Source: a virus
Lineage: Duplodnaviria > Caudoviricetes
DNA: 64,000 nt
Virus record (IMG/VR): IMGVR_UViG_3300037484_000296
Span: 26,268-90,267 of that record
Strand: one strand, 5' to 3'
The notes under the pieces were generated by a model. The model was not told where the DNA came from. It made no database searches and saw nothing but the letters and a program-made list of their open reading frames with translations. Within the stretch, counting starts at the first letter, position 1. Every line of letters begins with the position of its first letter. Both the position numbers and the translations under genes were made by a program. Shown in pieces: positions 39,250-48,637 of the stretch.

Positions 39250-39500
39250 TTCTTAAAAAGAGATTTGAACTATACGTCTTGCGATTCTTTCAAATCGCTG
39301 GCAGTGAACTGCTACCCTGCGTACCCGGCAGGAGGGTTATCTACTGCGATCTCTCACGCTCAATCGTAAGATTGGCAGAGAGGGGAAGCTGCTTATGCAG
39401 ACTTTTTCTTTGAGCACTCCGGACAAACACGGAGGATGGTGCAACCTGATCCAATTCTCTCTCCGGTGCGGAATGGAGTACGGGGCATTGGATCTCCGAT
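39250..39500 (-). ncRNA. Candidate structured leader RNA upstream of the coiled-coil gene
   Basis: Dense hairpins GATCCAAT/ATTGGATC, CTCCG/CGGAG, CAATC/GATTG, CCTGC/GCAGG, GCGATT-GAAA. Confidence 0.45.
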
Positions 39501-39504
39501 TCAT

Positions 39505-40203
39505 TTATGTTGATATCAGGTTATGCTGCTTCAACAGGTTATGAATAAAAGCGACGCCTTTTGCGGTTACGAGTGTTTGGGCTTTATTTTCATCGCATTG
39601 GCTGATGAATGTTTCCTTCACGGTAAAATATCCAGAATCAATGTAGCGTTGAAAGGGAAGGTTGTTCCGCATTACAATAAGCTCGTTGCGCAGTATGGAA
39701 AATAATTTGTTCCTGCCGATATTCAAGGACTTTGCAACCTCGTTCATGGTCTGGCTGTTTTTGGCACCAAGGAAGGTATCGAAGGCGGCGACCTTGGGCC
39801 GGTTCGTTTCTTCTCGATCTACTGAGTCCGCCAGCATGCGGAGGGCTTCGGAATAGGTTTTGGGGAGCTGCAGGGAATAGCCGCCGGTTTTGCGGATCGA
39901 GGGCAGAACTTCGCCGACAACCCATTCTTCAAAGCGTTCAGCAGAGGGGAGTTTGCTTCTCATGATCAGGCGGTATACATCGCGTTCGGGAATTATAGTA
40001 ATGCCACGCGGGCTAGTGGTCAAAGGTGTTGATTCGACACCTTTTAATAAAATCGCAGACTTACAGTGATCAGACACGGCCTGCCTGCAGTCTGCATATC
40101 CGAGAACTGCCGCAATGTCATTAGCCACAAACCACGGTTCCTTGTCCCTTATAATTGTCCTAACTTGTGAGTTCTGGTAATTGAATATTTGAAGGCCGTT
40201 CAT
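39505..40203 (-). CDS. ant: Phage antirepressor (BRO-N + KilA-C/ANT)
   Basis: FNYQNSQVRT..PWFVANDIAAVLGY; AKSLNIGRNKLF..QRYIDSGYF..TLVTAKG. Confidence 0.92.
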   Translation of the reverse strand: MNGLQIFNYQNSQVRTIIRDKEPWFVANDIAAVLGYADCRQAVSDHCKSAILLKGVESTPLTTSPRGITIIPERDVYRLIMRSKLPSAERFEEWVVGEVLPSIRKTGGYSLQLPKTYSEALRMLADSVDREETNRPKVAAFDTFLGAKNSQTMNEVAKSLNIGRNKLFSILRNELIVMRNNLPFQRYIDSGYFTVKETFISQCDENKAQTLVTAKGVAFIHNLLKQHNLIST

Positions 40204-40210
40204 GGTGATA

Positions 40211-40299
40211 ATATTAACCGATAGGCTAATACTTGTCAAGAAAAAAATAGCCGATAAGCTAAAATATTTATTGACCGAAAAAAATCAATATGTTAGGAT
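40211..40299. promoter_or_regulatory. Divergent promoters with two CI-type operators
   Basis: Minus: TTGACA-17-TAATAT; plus: TTGACC-17-TAGGAT with TG extension; operators at 40213 and 40246. Confidence 0.8.
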
Positions 40300-40321
40300 T
40301 CAGGGCAACTGAGGGGGAGCG

Positions 40322-40620
40322 ATGAAGATGGCAAAGAAGAAGTCTGCAAGCAGATTGTAATAATTGAATGGCAGGATTCGCATGGAAGCGTAACCGGATG
40401 GGAGCCGCTGGCGAATCTCAACGTGCCTGCGATTGCAACATGCTATTCAGTTGGCTGGTTAATCCATGACGGGAAAGATAGTAAGGTTATTGTTCCCCAC
40501 GTGTCGGGGGATGGCGAGGACGTAGCTATTACGGGCCGTGGATCTATGACTATCCCGGCTTCGGCAATTATTCAAGTGAGAGGACTAAGCGAGCAAAAGG
40601 TGAAACATAAAAAGATATAA
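40322..40620 (+). pseudogene. Frameshifted small phage protein gene
   Basis: RBS and ATG at 40322 out of frame with the conserved-looking IIEWQDS..GW..CYSVG body. Confidence 0.45.
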
Positions 40621-40629
40621 AATATAACC

Positions 40630-41046
40630 ATGCCTATTCATGAACAGAAGTTTGTAAAAGTCAATGTGCCGGTAGATAAAGGTATTAGCGGGATAATTTG
40701 CGCCCTTTCAAATTTTAGCACACTAGAGACTGTTGAGAGTTGTGAAGGAAATCAAGAAAGAGGGCCGTGGGTCTGTTTTTATTACGGGGAGTACTGGGAA
40801 CATGACTGGCGGGAATTGGCAGAGTTTGTTTTAAACTATTTGGCCCCTGGTTTATATGCAGCGGTTGGAGACGATGTTAATGTCAAAATACAAACGACGC
40901 CAAGCGGTGTATTTGGCGAAATATCTGTCCGCCCAGGGGCCACTAATCAAGTCGAAAAGGCTTTATATGATTTGTCAAAAAACTTTATCTCTTGCCGGTC
41001 CCATAACTCGGCGTGTTCCGATGACATACCTGACACATGCCCTTAA
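40630..41046 (+). CDS. Hypothetical protein (moron)
   Basis: Starts 9 nt after the previous stop. Confidence 0.6.
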   Translation: MPIHEQKFVKVNVPVDKGISGIICALSNFSTLETVESCEGNQERGPWVCFYYGEYWEHDWRELAEFVLNYLAPGLYAAVGDDVNVKIQTTPSGVFGEISVRPGATNQVEKALYDLSKNFISCRSHNSACSDDIPDTCP

Positions 41047-41209
41047 CATTACTAAGGGCATCAGGACCGCCTGCGGTAATGTGATGAATCTCCCATTCTC
41101 CGCGCAACAGCGCACCACAGCGCCCTTTATGCCCGCAGGAAGTCATTGCGCACTCACATTTCCCTCCGGAACGCTTAAATACATCTTCACGAAGACCCAT
41201 GGCCATCAC
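40985..41209 (-). CDS. Small HNH-like protein
   Basis: GGKCEC..WEIHHI..SNVKGMCQVCH. Confidence 0.65.
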   Translation of the reverse strand: MMAMGLREDVFKRSGGKCECAMTSCGHKGRCGALLRGEWEIHHITAGGPDALSNVKGMCQVCHRNTPSYGTGKR

Positions 41210-41228
41210 CTCCCCTCTAATTCAAATA

Positions 41229-41549
41229 TCAATCCGTGCATGTTCCATACATTGAATTGTTCATTTTGATGCAGTTGCCGCCTATGCCACAGTCAAGCCT
41301 GGAAGAGCACTCTTTCCCGGCCTTGGATCCCCACCCGTCCTTCGGGCTGTCATCTTCATAGTATTTTTCGCGTCCGCGTGTTTCGCTGGCCCCAAACCTA
41401 TTTGTACATACTCCATCCATATCACGACCTGTTTTAATGCACGTTCCTCCGATACCGCAATCAAAATCTGAAGAGCAAGCTTCCGCGCAAATCGAGAATG
41501 CAAATATTGCCACGACCACGATTCCTGATGTAAAAAGTTTTTTCTTCAT
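41229..41549 (-). CDS. Exported Cys-rich protein with internal repeat
   Basis: Signal peptide; repeated CSS..DCGIGG.CIK. Confidence 0.65.
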   Translation of the reverse strand: MKKKLFTSGIVVVAIFAFSICAEACSSDFDCGIGGTCIKTGRDMDGVCTNRFGASETRGREKYYEDDSPKDGWGSKAGKECSSRLDCGIGGNCIKMNNSMYGTCTD

Positions 41550-41823
41550 TGCAGCTCCTTTCGCACTATATTAGGATATAAATACATCTAAAGTATTATT
41601 TACAAATAAACAGACTTATGCTTTATTTATATAATTCTAAAGCTACAATTTTACGACTAATAAAGGAGGCTTATTTGAACGCACAAATAGTTAATATTTT
41701 TGACATTAAGAAGCAGAAGAATCCAGCAAAACGCATCAAAGGTCAGAAAGAGATAAAAATTGAAAAATATGAAGCAGCGCTGGTTTCCATTGCCGATATT
41801 ATTATGAAACTGCAGGACGATGC

Positions 41824-42285
41824 TTAGGCCACTCCTTTCTTTTTTGGTTTCATGCCCCTTTCCCCCAACTCCTTCCACGTTTGCTTGATTTTTTCGCCAG
41901 GTTCAGGAGCGGGGCCTTCTCCGTCCTCTTTTGGCTGTGGCGGCAGGGTGGGGATTATTTTTAAAATAGTATCGGCCTTGTCATAGCCATACTTTTCAAA
42001 TTGCTCTCTGACCGCCTGCATTTTCCGATCATGTTCGGGGTATAAATTTTTCTCACCCACTAAGTCGTCCATCGTAACGCCTAGGCCAATAGCAATTTTT
42101 TGAACTTCATCAAGAGATACCTTCGGCATTTTTCCGGTAAGTATTCTGCTTATTGTAACCGGGCTAATATCTGCCTTGTCTGCTAATTCATATCCTGCTA
42201 AATCGCGCTCTTCTAAGAATTTTTTCAGCCGATCTATCAATACTGCAACTACAAGGGGGATTTTTTTGGGGGAGATTTTTTTCAT
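41824..42285 (-). CDS. cI: CI-like repressor (HTH, no S24 peptidase domain)
   Basis: ELADKADISPVTISRI HTH; divergent from cro. Confidence 0.8.
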   Translation of the reverse strand: MKKISPKKIPLVVAVLIDRLKKFLEERDLAGYELADKADISPVTISRILTGKMPKVSLDEVQKIAIGLGVTMDDLVGEKNLYPEHDRKMQAVREQFEKYGYDKADTILKIIPTLPPQPKEDGEGPAPEPGEKIKQTWKELGERGMKPKKKGVA

Positions 42286-42318
42286 GTTTAATAATATCCT
42301 TTTGGCTAATTTAACACA

Positions 42319-42372
42319 ATAACTGACAGGCTAAAAATGCTTATTGACAAATATTAGCTGATAGGCTAATAT
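42319..42372 (+). promoter_or_regulatory. cro promoter and operators
   Basis: TTGACA-17-TAATAT; palindrome ATTAGCTGATAGGCTAAT in the spacer; second site at 42319. Confidence 0.85.
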
Positions 42373-42379
42373 ATTCAGC

Positions 42380-42595
42380 ATGAGGAAAGCTGAGCAAAAA
42401 ACAATCGCACACAATATCAAAATGCATGAAGTTTTTATCTCCCGCGTAAAAACCGGAAAGCGTTATACCGAAAGAGAAGACCTGGCGGTCGCACTATCAC
42501 GGCTCACCGGAAAACCAGCCATTGGATTTATCGCCCCTAGGCTTCGCAAGGTGTATTTACGGGCAAATCCAGCCTTGAAAAAAGTCTCTACCTGA
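42380..42595 (+). CDS. cro: Cro-like HTH protein
   Basis: Small basic protein divergent from cI; FISRVKTGKR. Confidence 0.7.
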   Translation: MRKAEQKTIAHNIKMHEVFISRVKTGKRYTEREDLAVALSRLTGKPAIGFIAPRLRKVYLRANPALKKVST

Positions 42596-42677
42596 TTCAT
42601 GTCGGCGCAGTATACGGATTTCGCAACTCAACGCAAGGTATACATGGTTTCCGAAAAGTACAGGAATCGAGGCGCAA

Positions 42678-42854
42678 ATGTCCGCTGAACGAGAAAAACT
42701 AACGGAAACATTCAGCATGAAAATCACCACGAGATTGAAAACCGGATACGATCAACTGAACGCCGCGCAGAAATTCAGACTCCAGGAGCGGCTGAAGTAC
42801 GAAATGGCGAGAGCGATTCATGAAGCACTTTTTGACCCGAAAAAGTATTTGTGA
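42678..42854 (+). CDS. Small putative regulator (CII position), 58 aa
   Basis: Own translation MSAEREKLTETFSMKITTRLK; RBS GAGG. Confidence 0.45.
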   Translation: MSAEREKLTETFSMKITTRLKTGYDQLNAAQKFRLQERLKYEMARAIHEALFDPKKYL

Positions 42855-42929
42855 TTACGCTCTTTTTTTGCCTGTTGAAAAACTAAAGTAGCGATTAATA
42901 CTGCGAGATTCAGCGCAAAGGAGAACTCC

Positions 42930-43238
42930 ATGAACACACTAGATGCATGGAAAGCATTGCGGCAAGGGAAAGACGTAGAGCGCCCCAACCAAGTAAGGAC
43001 TGCTCTACATTGGAAGACTGGGACGCTTAAAGAATTCCTTAACGCATTACACGAAGAGGAAATACTCGCCAACGATTGGGAAGTCGTAAGAGAGAAAAAG
43101 ACAATGGCCGGAATAGTAACTTGGGCCATGCAGTATGGAATCCACTATCCAATGGGGACAGAATTCGGCAGCAATAATCTTAATTTCCGTAATATCCAGG
43201 GCAAGACAACCAAAATCACAATCGAGTGGGAAGAGTAG
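42930..43238 (+). CDS. Hypothetical protein
   Basis: RBS AGGAG. Confidence 0.6.
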   Translation: MNTLDAWKALRQGKDVERPNQVRTALHWKTGTLKEFLNALHEEEILANDWEVVREKKTMAGIVTWAMQYGIHYPMGTEFGSNNLNFRNIQGKTTKITIEWEE

Positions 43239-43355
43239 CGGAGGCTATTGTGGCCGACATTCGCGAAGCAAGAATAATAATCAAATGCATACTAGCGGGG
43301 ATCGGAATATGGTCCTTGCTGTTGTTTATTGGCTGGTGGTTGTGGAGGTAAAACA

Positions 43356-44354
43356 ATGCGCATCCTGAGAAACATAAAAGTTCCTACCGGGAATATCCTT
43401 GTCGTGGAAGGAGAGCGGGGCAAGCTAGAAATGCTTTCTCTCGGAGACTACGGGAAAGATATAAACGTAAAATGCGATTGCATGGGCCTGACGCGGGAAA
43501 TCGAGAAGGTTGACCATTGCGCCCTTTTACCTCTTGAAGAGAAGTGGGTTATTACGATCAGCACACAGTACGGCTGCTCAATGGGCTGTAAATTTTGCGA
43601 CGTGCCGAAAGTTGGCCCCGGCATAAACGCAACGACAAACGACCTAATAAAGCAGGTCTTGACCGGAATTCGATTGCACCCTGAAGCTCAGACCACGAAC
43701 CGGCTGAATATCCACTTTGCACGGATGGGTGAGCCGACCTGGAACCCAAATGTGCTTGACGCTACGAAGTGGTTTAAGACGCACATCGACCCGGAGTACA
43801 AAATACACCCTGTTGTTTCTACTATGATGCCGAAGCGGAACGAATGGCTGAAGACATTCATTCATACATGGATGAGAATTAAAAACCGTCTTCTACAGGG
43901 AGAGGCTGGACTACAGATAAGCGTAAACAGCACAGACGAGGCCGAACGCTCGGAGATGTTCAACGGCAACTGCCACACGCTTGAAGACATAGCTCGGATC
44001 ATGGAAGGCATAATTCCCGTAGGCCGAAAAATCACGTTGAATTTTGCGCTTGCTAGACACGAGATTGACCCGGCGAAGCTCCTAAAATACTTCAACCCTG
44101 ACGACTATATTATAAAACTTACGCCGATGCACAAGACGGCACGGGCAATTCAAAACGGGATCGAAACGGCGGGTGACTACACAACATTCACACCGTACCG
44201 AGAAGATGAAGGACGATTAAAAACCGCAGGATATGATGTACTAGTTTTCATCGCGTCAGAATACGAGGACCTGGGCCGGATCACTTGCGGCAATGCGATA
44301 CTGAGCGGAACGATGCCGTTATGCACTTATGAGGAAATCAAATGCAAAAGCTAA
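43356..44354 (+). CDS. RlmN/Cfr-like radical SAM enzyme
   Basis: ISTQYGCSMGCKFC, RMGEP, C-terminal ITCGN. Confidence 0.8.
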   Translation: MRILRNIKVPTGNILVVEGERGKLEMLSLGDYGKDINVKCDCMGLTREIEKVDHCALLPLEEKWVITISTQYGCSMGCKFCDVPKVGPGINATTNDLIKQVLTGIRLHPEAQTTNRLNIHFARMGEPTWNPNVLDATKWFKTHIDPEYKIHPVVSTMMPKRNEWLKTFIHTWMRIKNRLLQGEAGLQISVNSTDEAERSEMFNGNCHTLEDIARIMEGIIPVGRKITLNFALARHEIDPAKLLKYFNPDDYIIKLTPMHKTARAIQNGIETAGDYTTFTPYREDEGRLKTAGYDVLVFIASEYEDLGRITCGNAILSGTMPLCTYEEIKCKS

Positions 44355-44859
44355 CCATAGCAATTCTCATGGCAATCGTTCTCTATTCTCCCTTTTATCT
44401 GTTCTTTTCAGCAATCCAAACAGAAATGGCACGGGAATACGAAGCCCCTCCGCGAGAAGCCGCACCGAATGCGTACAGAGAGAGTAGGAAGGTTAAGTGG
44501 AAACGCACGGCTTGCTCAAGGTGCCATGTAGACGGGAATGCGGAGTTTGTTGAGAGGGTGAAGGTGTAACGCCGTTGTGAGGAGCGCCATATGATAGCGA
44601 AGAAGCCGGAGGCGGTGCAAGTTGTAGCCTGCCGAGACTGCGGCGCCCCATATTCCGATTCGGGACGCCTTGACATGGTACTACCTGATCAGCAGTGGAA
44701 AAAAATATGTCCCGAAGGCGGCATTCTGTGCCCTAATTGTATTTGCAAACGGGCGGAAAAATTCGGAGGGCGGGTGATTCTTGCTTGGATAGACCAAATT
44801 GATTATGCGAAGCGGTGAGCATTGGGCCTTGATGGATATTTTCACCAAGGCCCGAGAGG

Positions 44860-45021
44860 TTAAATCCCTTGACGGTTGCACTTGGCGCACTCTTCGCAAA
44901 GCGGCTTTCCGCCTGTTCCTTCTCTGTAGTTTTCGCGCTCGATGTTGTTTCCAGTGTTGCAGTTTGTGTTGTTGTGGTGGACGTTTGCTTTGATAGAATG
45001 CCAAGGTGCTTTTTTAGGCAT
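44860..45021 (-). CDS. Small His/Cys-rich protein (MPKKAPWHS...)
   Basis: RBS AGGAGG; oriented against the operon. Confidence 0.65.
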   Translation of the reverse strand: MPKKAPWHSIKANVHHNNTNCNTGNNIERENYREGTGGKPLCEECAKCNRQGI

Positions 45022-45106
45022 GATGTTCACCTCCTTTCCTATAGTAGGTTGGCCAGGCCGTATTATAGCAAAGGATATAATTTTATGCAACGAATCGTAG
45101 TCGTAA

Positions 45107-45164
45107 GGATAACGCTGAGTTGAGCATCGCGCTCCTCAGCGAATGATCGAACGTTTTGTTGGGC
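45107..45164 (+). repeat. attC-like site
   Basis: GGATAAC...GTTGGGC, 58 nt. Confidence 0.65.
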
Positions 45165-45175
45165 CGGGGGTTGAA

Positions 45176-45502
45176 ATGCCAAAAAAGAAAAGACCGTTGA
45201 AGTGCATGGAATGCGGGACCACAAAGAAGGCCGATGAAGTGCGCCGGAACTGCATCACTTGGACGGCATGGGGCCGGAATTCATTCGATTTTAATTGGTC
45301 GCGGAATCGAACCCGCGTTGACCTCTGCGGCAATTGTGAAAACGGAAAATGGATCATGTGCTCAAATTGTTTCGCACTGATCGACAGTTATGATTACGGA
45401 CGCGGATACCTGCCAGAGGATCACGATGGAGAATCCATCTGTCCGGGATGCGCCAAGAAAAAGGGGTTTGCAATTACCGTTGGAATGCCAGAAGGATTTT
45501 AA
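45176..45502 (+). CDS. Multi-CxxC zinc-binding protein in attC-bounded cassette
   Basis: Flanked by GTTGGGCC and GGCCCAAC. Confidence 0.65.
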   Translation: MPKKKRPLKCMECGTTKKADEVRRNCITWTAWGRNSFDFNWSRNRTRVDLCGNCENGKWIMCSNCFALIDSYDYGRGYLPEDHDGESICPGCAKKKGFAITVGMPEGF

Positions 45503-46112
45503 GGCCCAACCAGGTATTAACTCAACTTTGCACAGTTTAGGCCACACCAAGGTAAACCAATGACCCCAGATGAATACACTCAATCAATAGAAATGCTCCG
45601 CACACAGTTCCCGGCCTTCCAGCAATACGAGGAAAAAATAAAAACAGCACGGGAAGCCCGCGAAAAAGAAATATATCAGCACGTAAGGGATCACGGTGCA
45701 TCAGTCCGAATTCTGCTGGATACTCTCATGTTGTCAAACTCAAAAGAATACCGTGAGGAAATGTGCCACAGAATTCACGAGGCCGATGATGAATTGTTGA
45801 ATAAAATTCTAGATGGGAGGAAAGCGTAACGGGAGGGATTATGCGCGGGAAATGTGAATCAGATATGTGTCATGCAAATAACGGCGGGGAGTGTATGAAT
45901 GTTGTTCATTGTGACATCTTTTATGCTCATAAGCCCGAAACGAACGAAAGCTTTTCGTCCCCCCATATGACCGAATCAGACATAAACAAAATAATCATCT
46001 ACTGTGAAACCGGAATAGACGCCGCAGATGGTAAGCGGAAAAATAAAACTCAGGCCCGGTCGGTTGAGCAGGTGATGCTTGAGAAGATATTAGAGATTGT
46101 AGGGAATAAACA

Positions 46113-46559
46113 GTGAACTACTTAAAACCCTGTCCGAAGCCAACCAGAAAACCCAAAGAGAAGTCTATCCGGCCTCGAAAAGTGGCTATGGAATCCAACC
46201 CGTTAGAATCGATGGAACAAGAAACCGTCGCGGACTGGCTGGATCTTCACAAGGTGCTTTATTGCGCCTCAGTCGCCGGGGCCTACCTTCATCCGGCTAC
46301 ATTCAATCGCATAAAGAAAATCGGATACAAGCGAGGACTTCCGGATATTTTGATCTTCCAAGCGCCGCCAGCATACAACGATAAATATGTCGGCGTAGCT
46401 CTCGAAATGAAGCGTAGGAAGGGCGGAATTGTATCAGACGAACAAAGGGTATGGTTGGAGGATTTAAATCGAAACGGCTGGCTTGTAGGCGTTATGAAGG
46501 GCGCTGACGAGGCGATTGAGCTGCTTGAATTGTGCGGGTATGGATCAAAGAAATTATGA
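46113..46559 (+). CDS. VRR-NUC nuclease
   Basis: EQETV..GLPDILI..LEMKRRKGGIVSDEQ..WL. Confidence 0.85.
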   Translation: MNYLKPCPKPTRKPKEKSIRPRKVAMESNPLESMEQETVADWLDLHKVLYCASVAGAYLHPATFNRIKKIGYKRGLPDILIFQAPPAYNDKYVGVALEMKRRKGGIVSDEQRVWLEDLNRNGWLVGVMKGADEAIELLELCGYGSKKL

Positions 46560-46729
46560 TCAAATCAATCACCATAAAAGACAAAGACGGCGAACTTCTG
46601 CTAAAAATCTCCTGTAGTAAAAACGGGGAGTACGAACAGATAATCAGGAGCGACCTGCATCATTGGAAAATATCAGCCCGGAACGAGAAAAACCAGAAGA
46701 TTTATCTTCCGGAATAGAAAGGGTAGGCA

Positions 46730-47482
46730 ATGAGGCCATTACTTTATACGCCTTCGGGAAGAGCGGGGGAATACGCTGACAAGGGATATGCGGCTAATAT
46801 TTTTAGCGGCTGCGATCACGGATGCCTCTACTGTTACGCTCCTGGATGCAGGAGAATGAATGGGGCGGCGGGAAAGGCTAAGTTTCACTCTTCTGTAAAT
46901 CCAGTGCCAGACCTGTTTGCACGGCTTGCAAAAGATTGCTCCAAACCTGTGCCAGATCCAATATTTTTATCGTTCCTTTGCGACGTTTATCCGGCAAACC
47001 GTGATGTTCATTCTGTCACCCGAGAGTGTCTTGAGATTATTGCCAATTCCGGCAACTCCGTCAACATTCTCACTAAGGGCGGCTCCCGAGCAATTAAGGA
47101 TTTCGATTTGCTTGCCAAAGATCCAAGAAACAAGATCGGAGCTACCCTCACTTTTTTAGACAACGCAAAATCCCGCCATTGGGAGCCTAAAGCGACCCTT
47201 CCCGACGACCGTTTGCACATGCTGGCGGCGGCAAAGGACGCGGGAATATATACCTGGGCCTCCTGCGAGCCCGTAATTGAGCCCTCAGAGACGCTACGCA
47301 TCATGTATTTTGCGGCTCCCTATGTCGATGAATTCAGAATTGGGAAGTGGAACCACGATCAAAAGGCAAAAGAAATCGACTGGAAGAAATTTTACAACGA
47401 CGCGAAGAACCTCATGGGACAACTCGGTAAAAAGCACATGTTTAAAATTGATTTGCTTGAAGCGGCAGGCGTGAAGTCATAA
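46730..47482 (+). CDS. Radical SAM protein (SPL/SplB-like family)
   Basis: GCDHGCLYCYA; ILTKG; ASCEPVI. Confidence 0.75.
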   Translation: MRPLLYTPSGRAGEYADKGYAANIFSGCDHGCLYCYAPGCRRMNGAAGKAKFHSSVNPVPDLFARLAKDCSKPVPDPIFLSFLCDVYPANRDVHSVTRECLEIIANSGNSVNILTKGGSRAIKDFDLLAKDPRNKIGATLTFLDNAKSRHWEPKATLPDDRLHMLAAAKDAGIYTWASCEPVIEPSETLRIMYFAAPYVDEFRIGKWNHDQKAKEIDWKKFYNDAKNLMGQLGKKHMFKIDLLEAAGVKS

Positions 47483-47778
47483 AGGAAAAAACAAGTGGAG
47501 CCAGAAATAGAAAAAGTGTCGCACGGTATAAGCATTACCGACCCCGCATCAACAGTGTCTATTTTTGAGGATGTAAACCCCGGAGAATACAACATTGAGA
47601 ACGTGTTGAGCTTAATAAGACGAGCACTACTTGGGCTTGGCTACGACCCTGATTTAGTGAATGAGAGAATTATTGTGAAAGAATGAAAGGTAGAAATAAA
47701 GCCTCTCCTTGATCTGCCTCTGTGTATCGCGAAGGAGAGCGCCGTCGAGTGTCCTGGCTATAGTGCGGGGTAACTTAC

Positions 47779-48603
47779 TTGGTAAAATTTAAACTTGTCA
47801 ATGACCACTTCCAGAATTACAAACGCCACAATATTCACAAGGCGCAGCTGGTCATTGCTGACATTCCCTACAATATTGGGATAAACGCCTATGGTTCAAA
47901 CCCTTCGTGGTACGTCGGCGGAGACAATACCAACGGCGAAAGTGAACTGGCCGGGAAAGAGTTTTTTGATACCGATAAGGATTTCAGAATCACTGAGTTT
48001 TTACACTTCTGCTCAACACTGATGGTGAAGGAGCCGAAAGAAGCGGGGAAAGCGCCCTGTATGATTGTTTTCTGTGCGTTCGAACAACAGTTTGAGCTGA
48101 TCGAAAAGGCGAAAAAGTACGGGCTTATGAAATATATCAACCTTGTTTTCAGAAAAAACTTTTCCGCTCAAGTACTCAAGGCAAATATGCGGGTTGTTGG
48201 AAACTGTGAATATGCGCTGCTTCTTTACCGGGACAAACTACCGAAGTTTAACAACGACGGGAAAATGGTTTTTAACTGCATGGATTGGGAGAAGGATTCT
48301 GACACTCCTAAAATTCATCCCACGCAAAAACCAGTCAAGCTATTGGAACGGTTAATCCGAATTTTCACAGATGAGGGGGAAGTCGTAATTGATCCAGTGG
48401 CCGGTAGCGGCACTACGCTTTTGGCCGCAATGAATTGCAATAGGGCTTCGTATGGTTTTGAAATCAAGAAAGACTTTTACCGAGAAGCAACGAATATGCT
48501 GGAAGAGCGCAAGAGTATACTTAATGAAATTGAGAAGTATGGGTTTTCACCAACAGAACAGGGAAAGACGCACCCATCGTTATTTTCAGGGCTAGCACTG
48601 TAA
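47779..48603 (+). CDS. DNA adenine/N4-cytosine methyltransferase (beta class)
   Basis: IADIPYN; HPTQKPVKLLERLI..VIDPVAGSGTT. Confidence 0.92.
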   Translation: MVKFKLVNDHFQNYKRHNIHKAQLVIADIPYNIGINAYGSNPSWYVGGDNTNGESELAGKEFFDTDKDFRITEFLHFCSTLMVKEPKEAGKAPCMIVFCAFEQQFELIEKAKKYGLMKYINLVFRKNFSAQVLKANMRVVGNCEYALLLYRDKLPKFNNDGKMVFNCMDWEKDSDTPKIHPTQKPVKLLERLIRIFTDEGEVVIDPVAGSGTTLLAAMNCNRASYGFEIKKDFYREATNMLEERKSILNEIEKYGFSPTEQGKTHPSLFSGLAL

Positions 48604-48637
48604 TGCACTGCCTGATGAGGGCTAAGGAGGTGAATGT

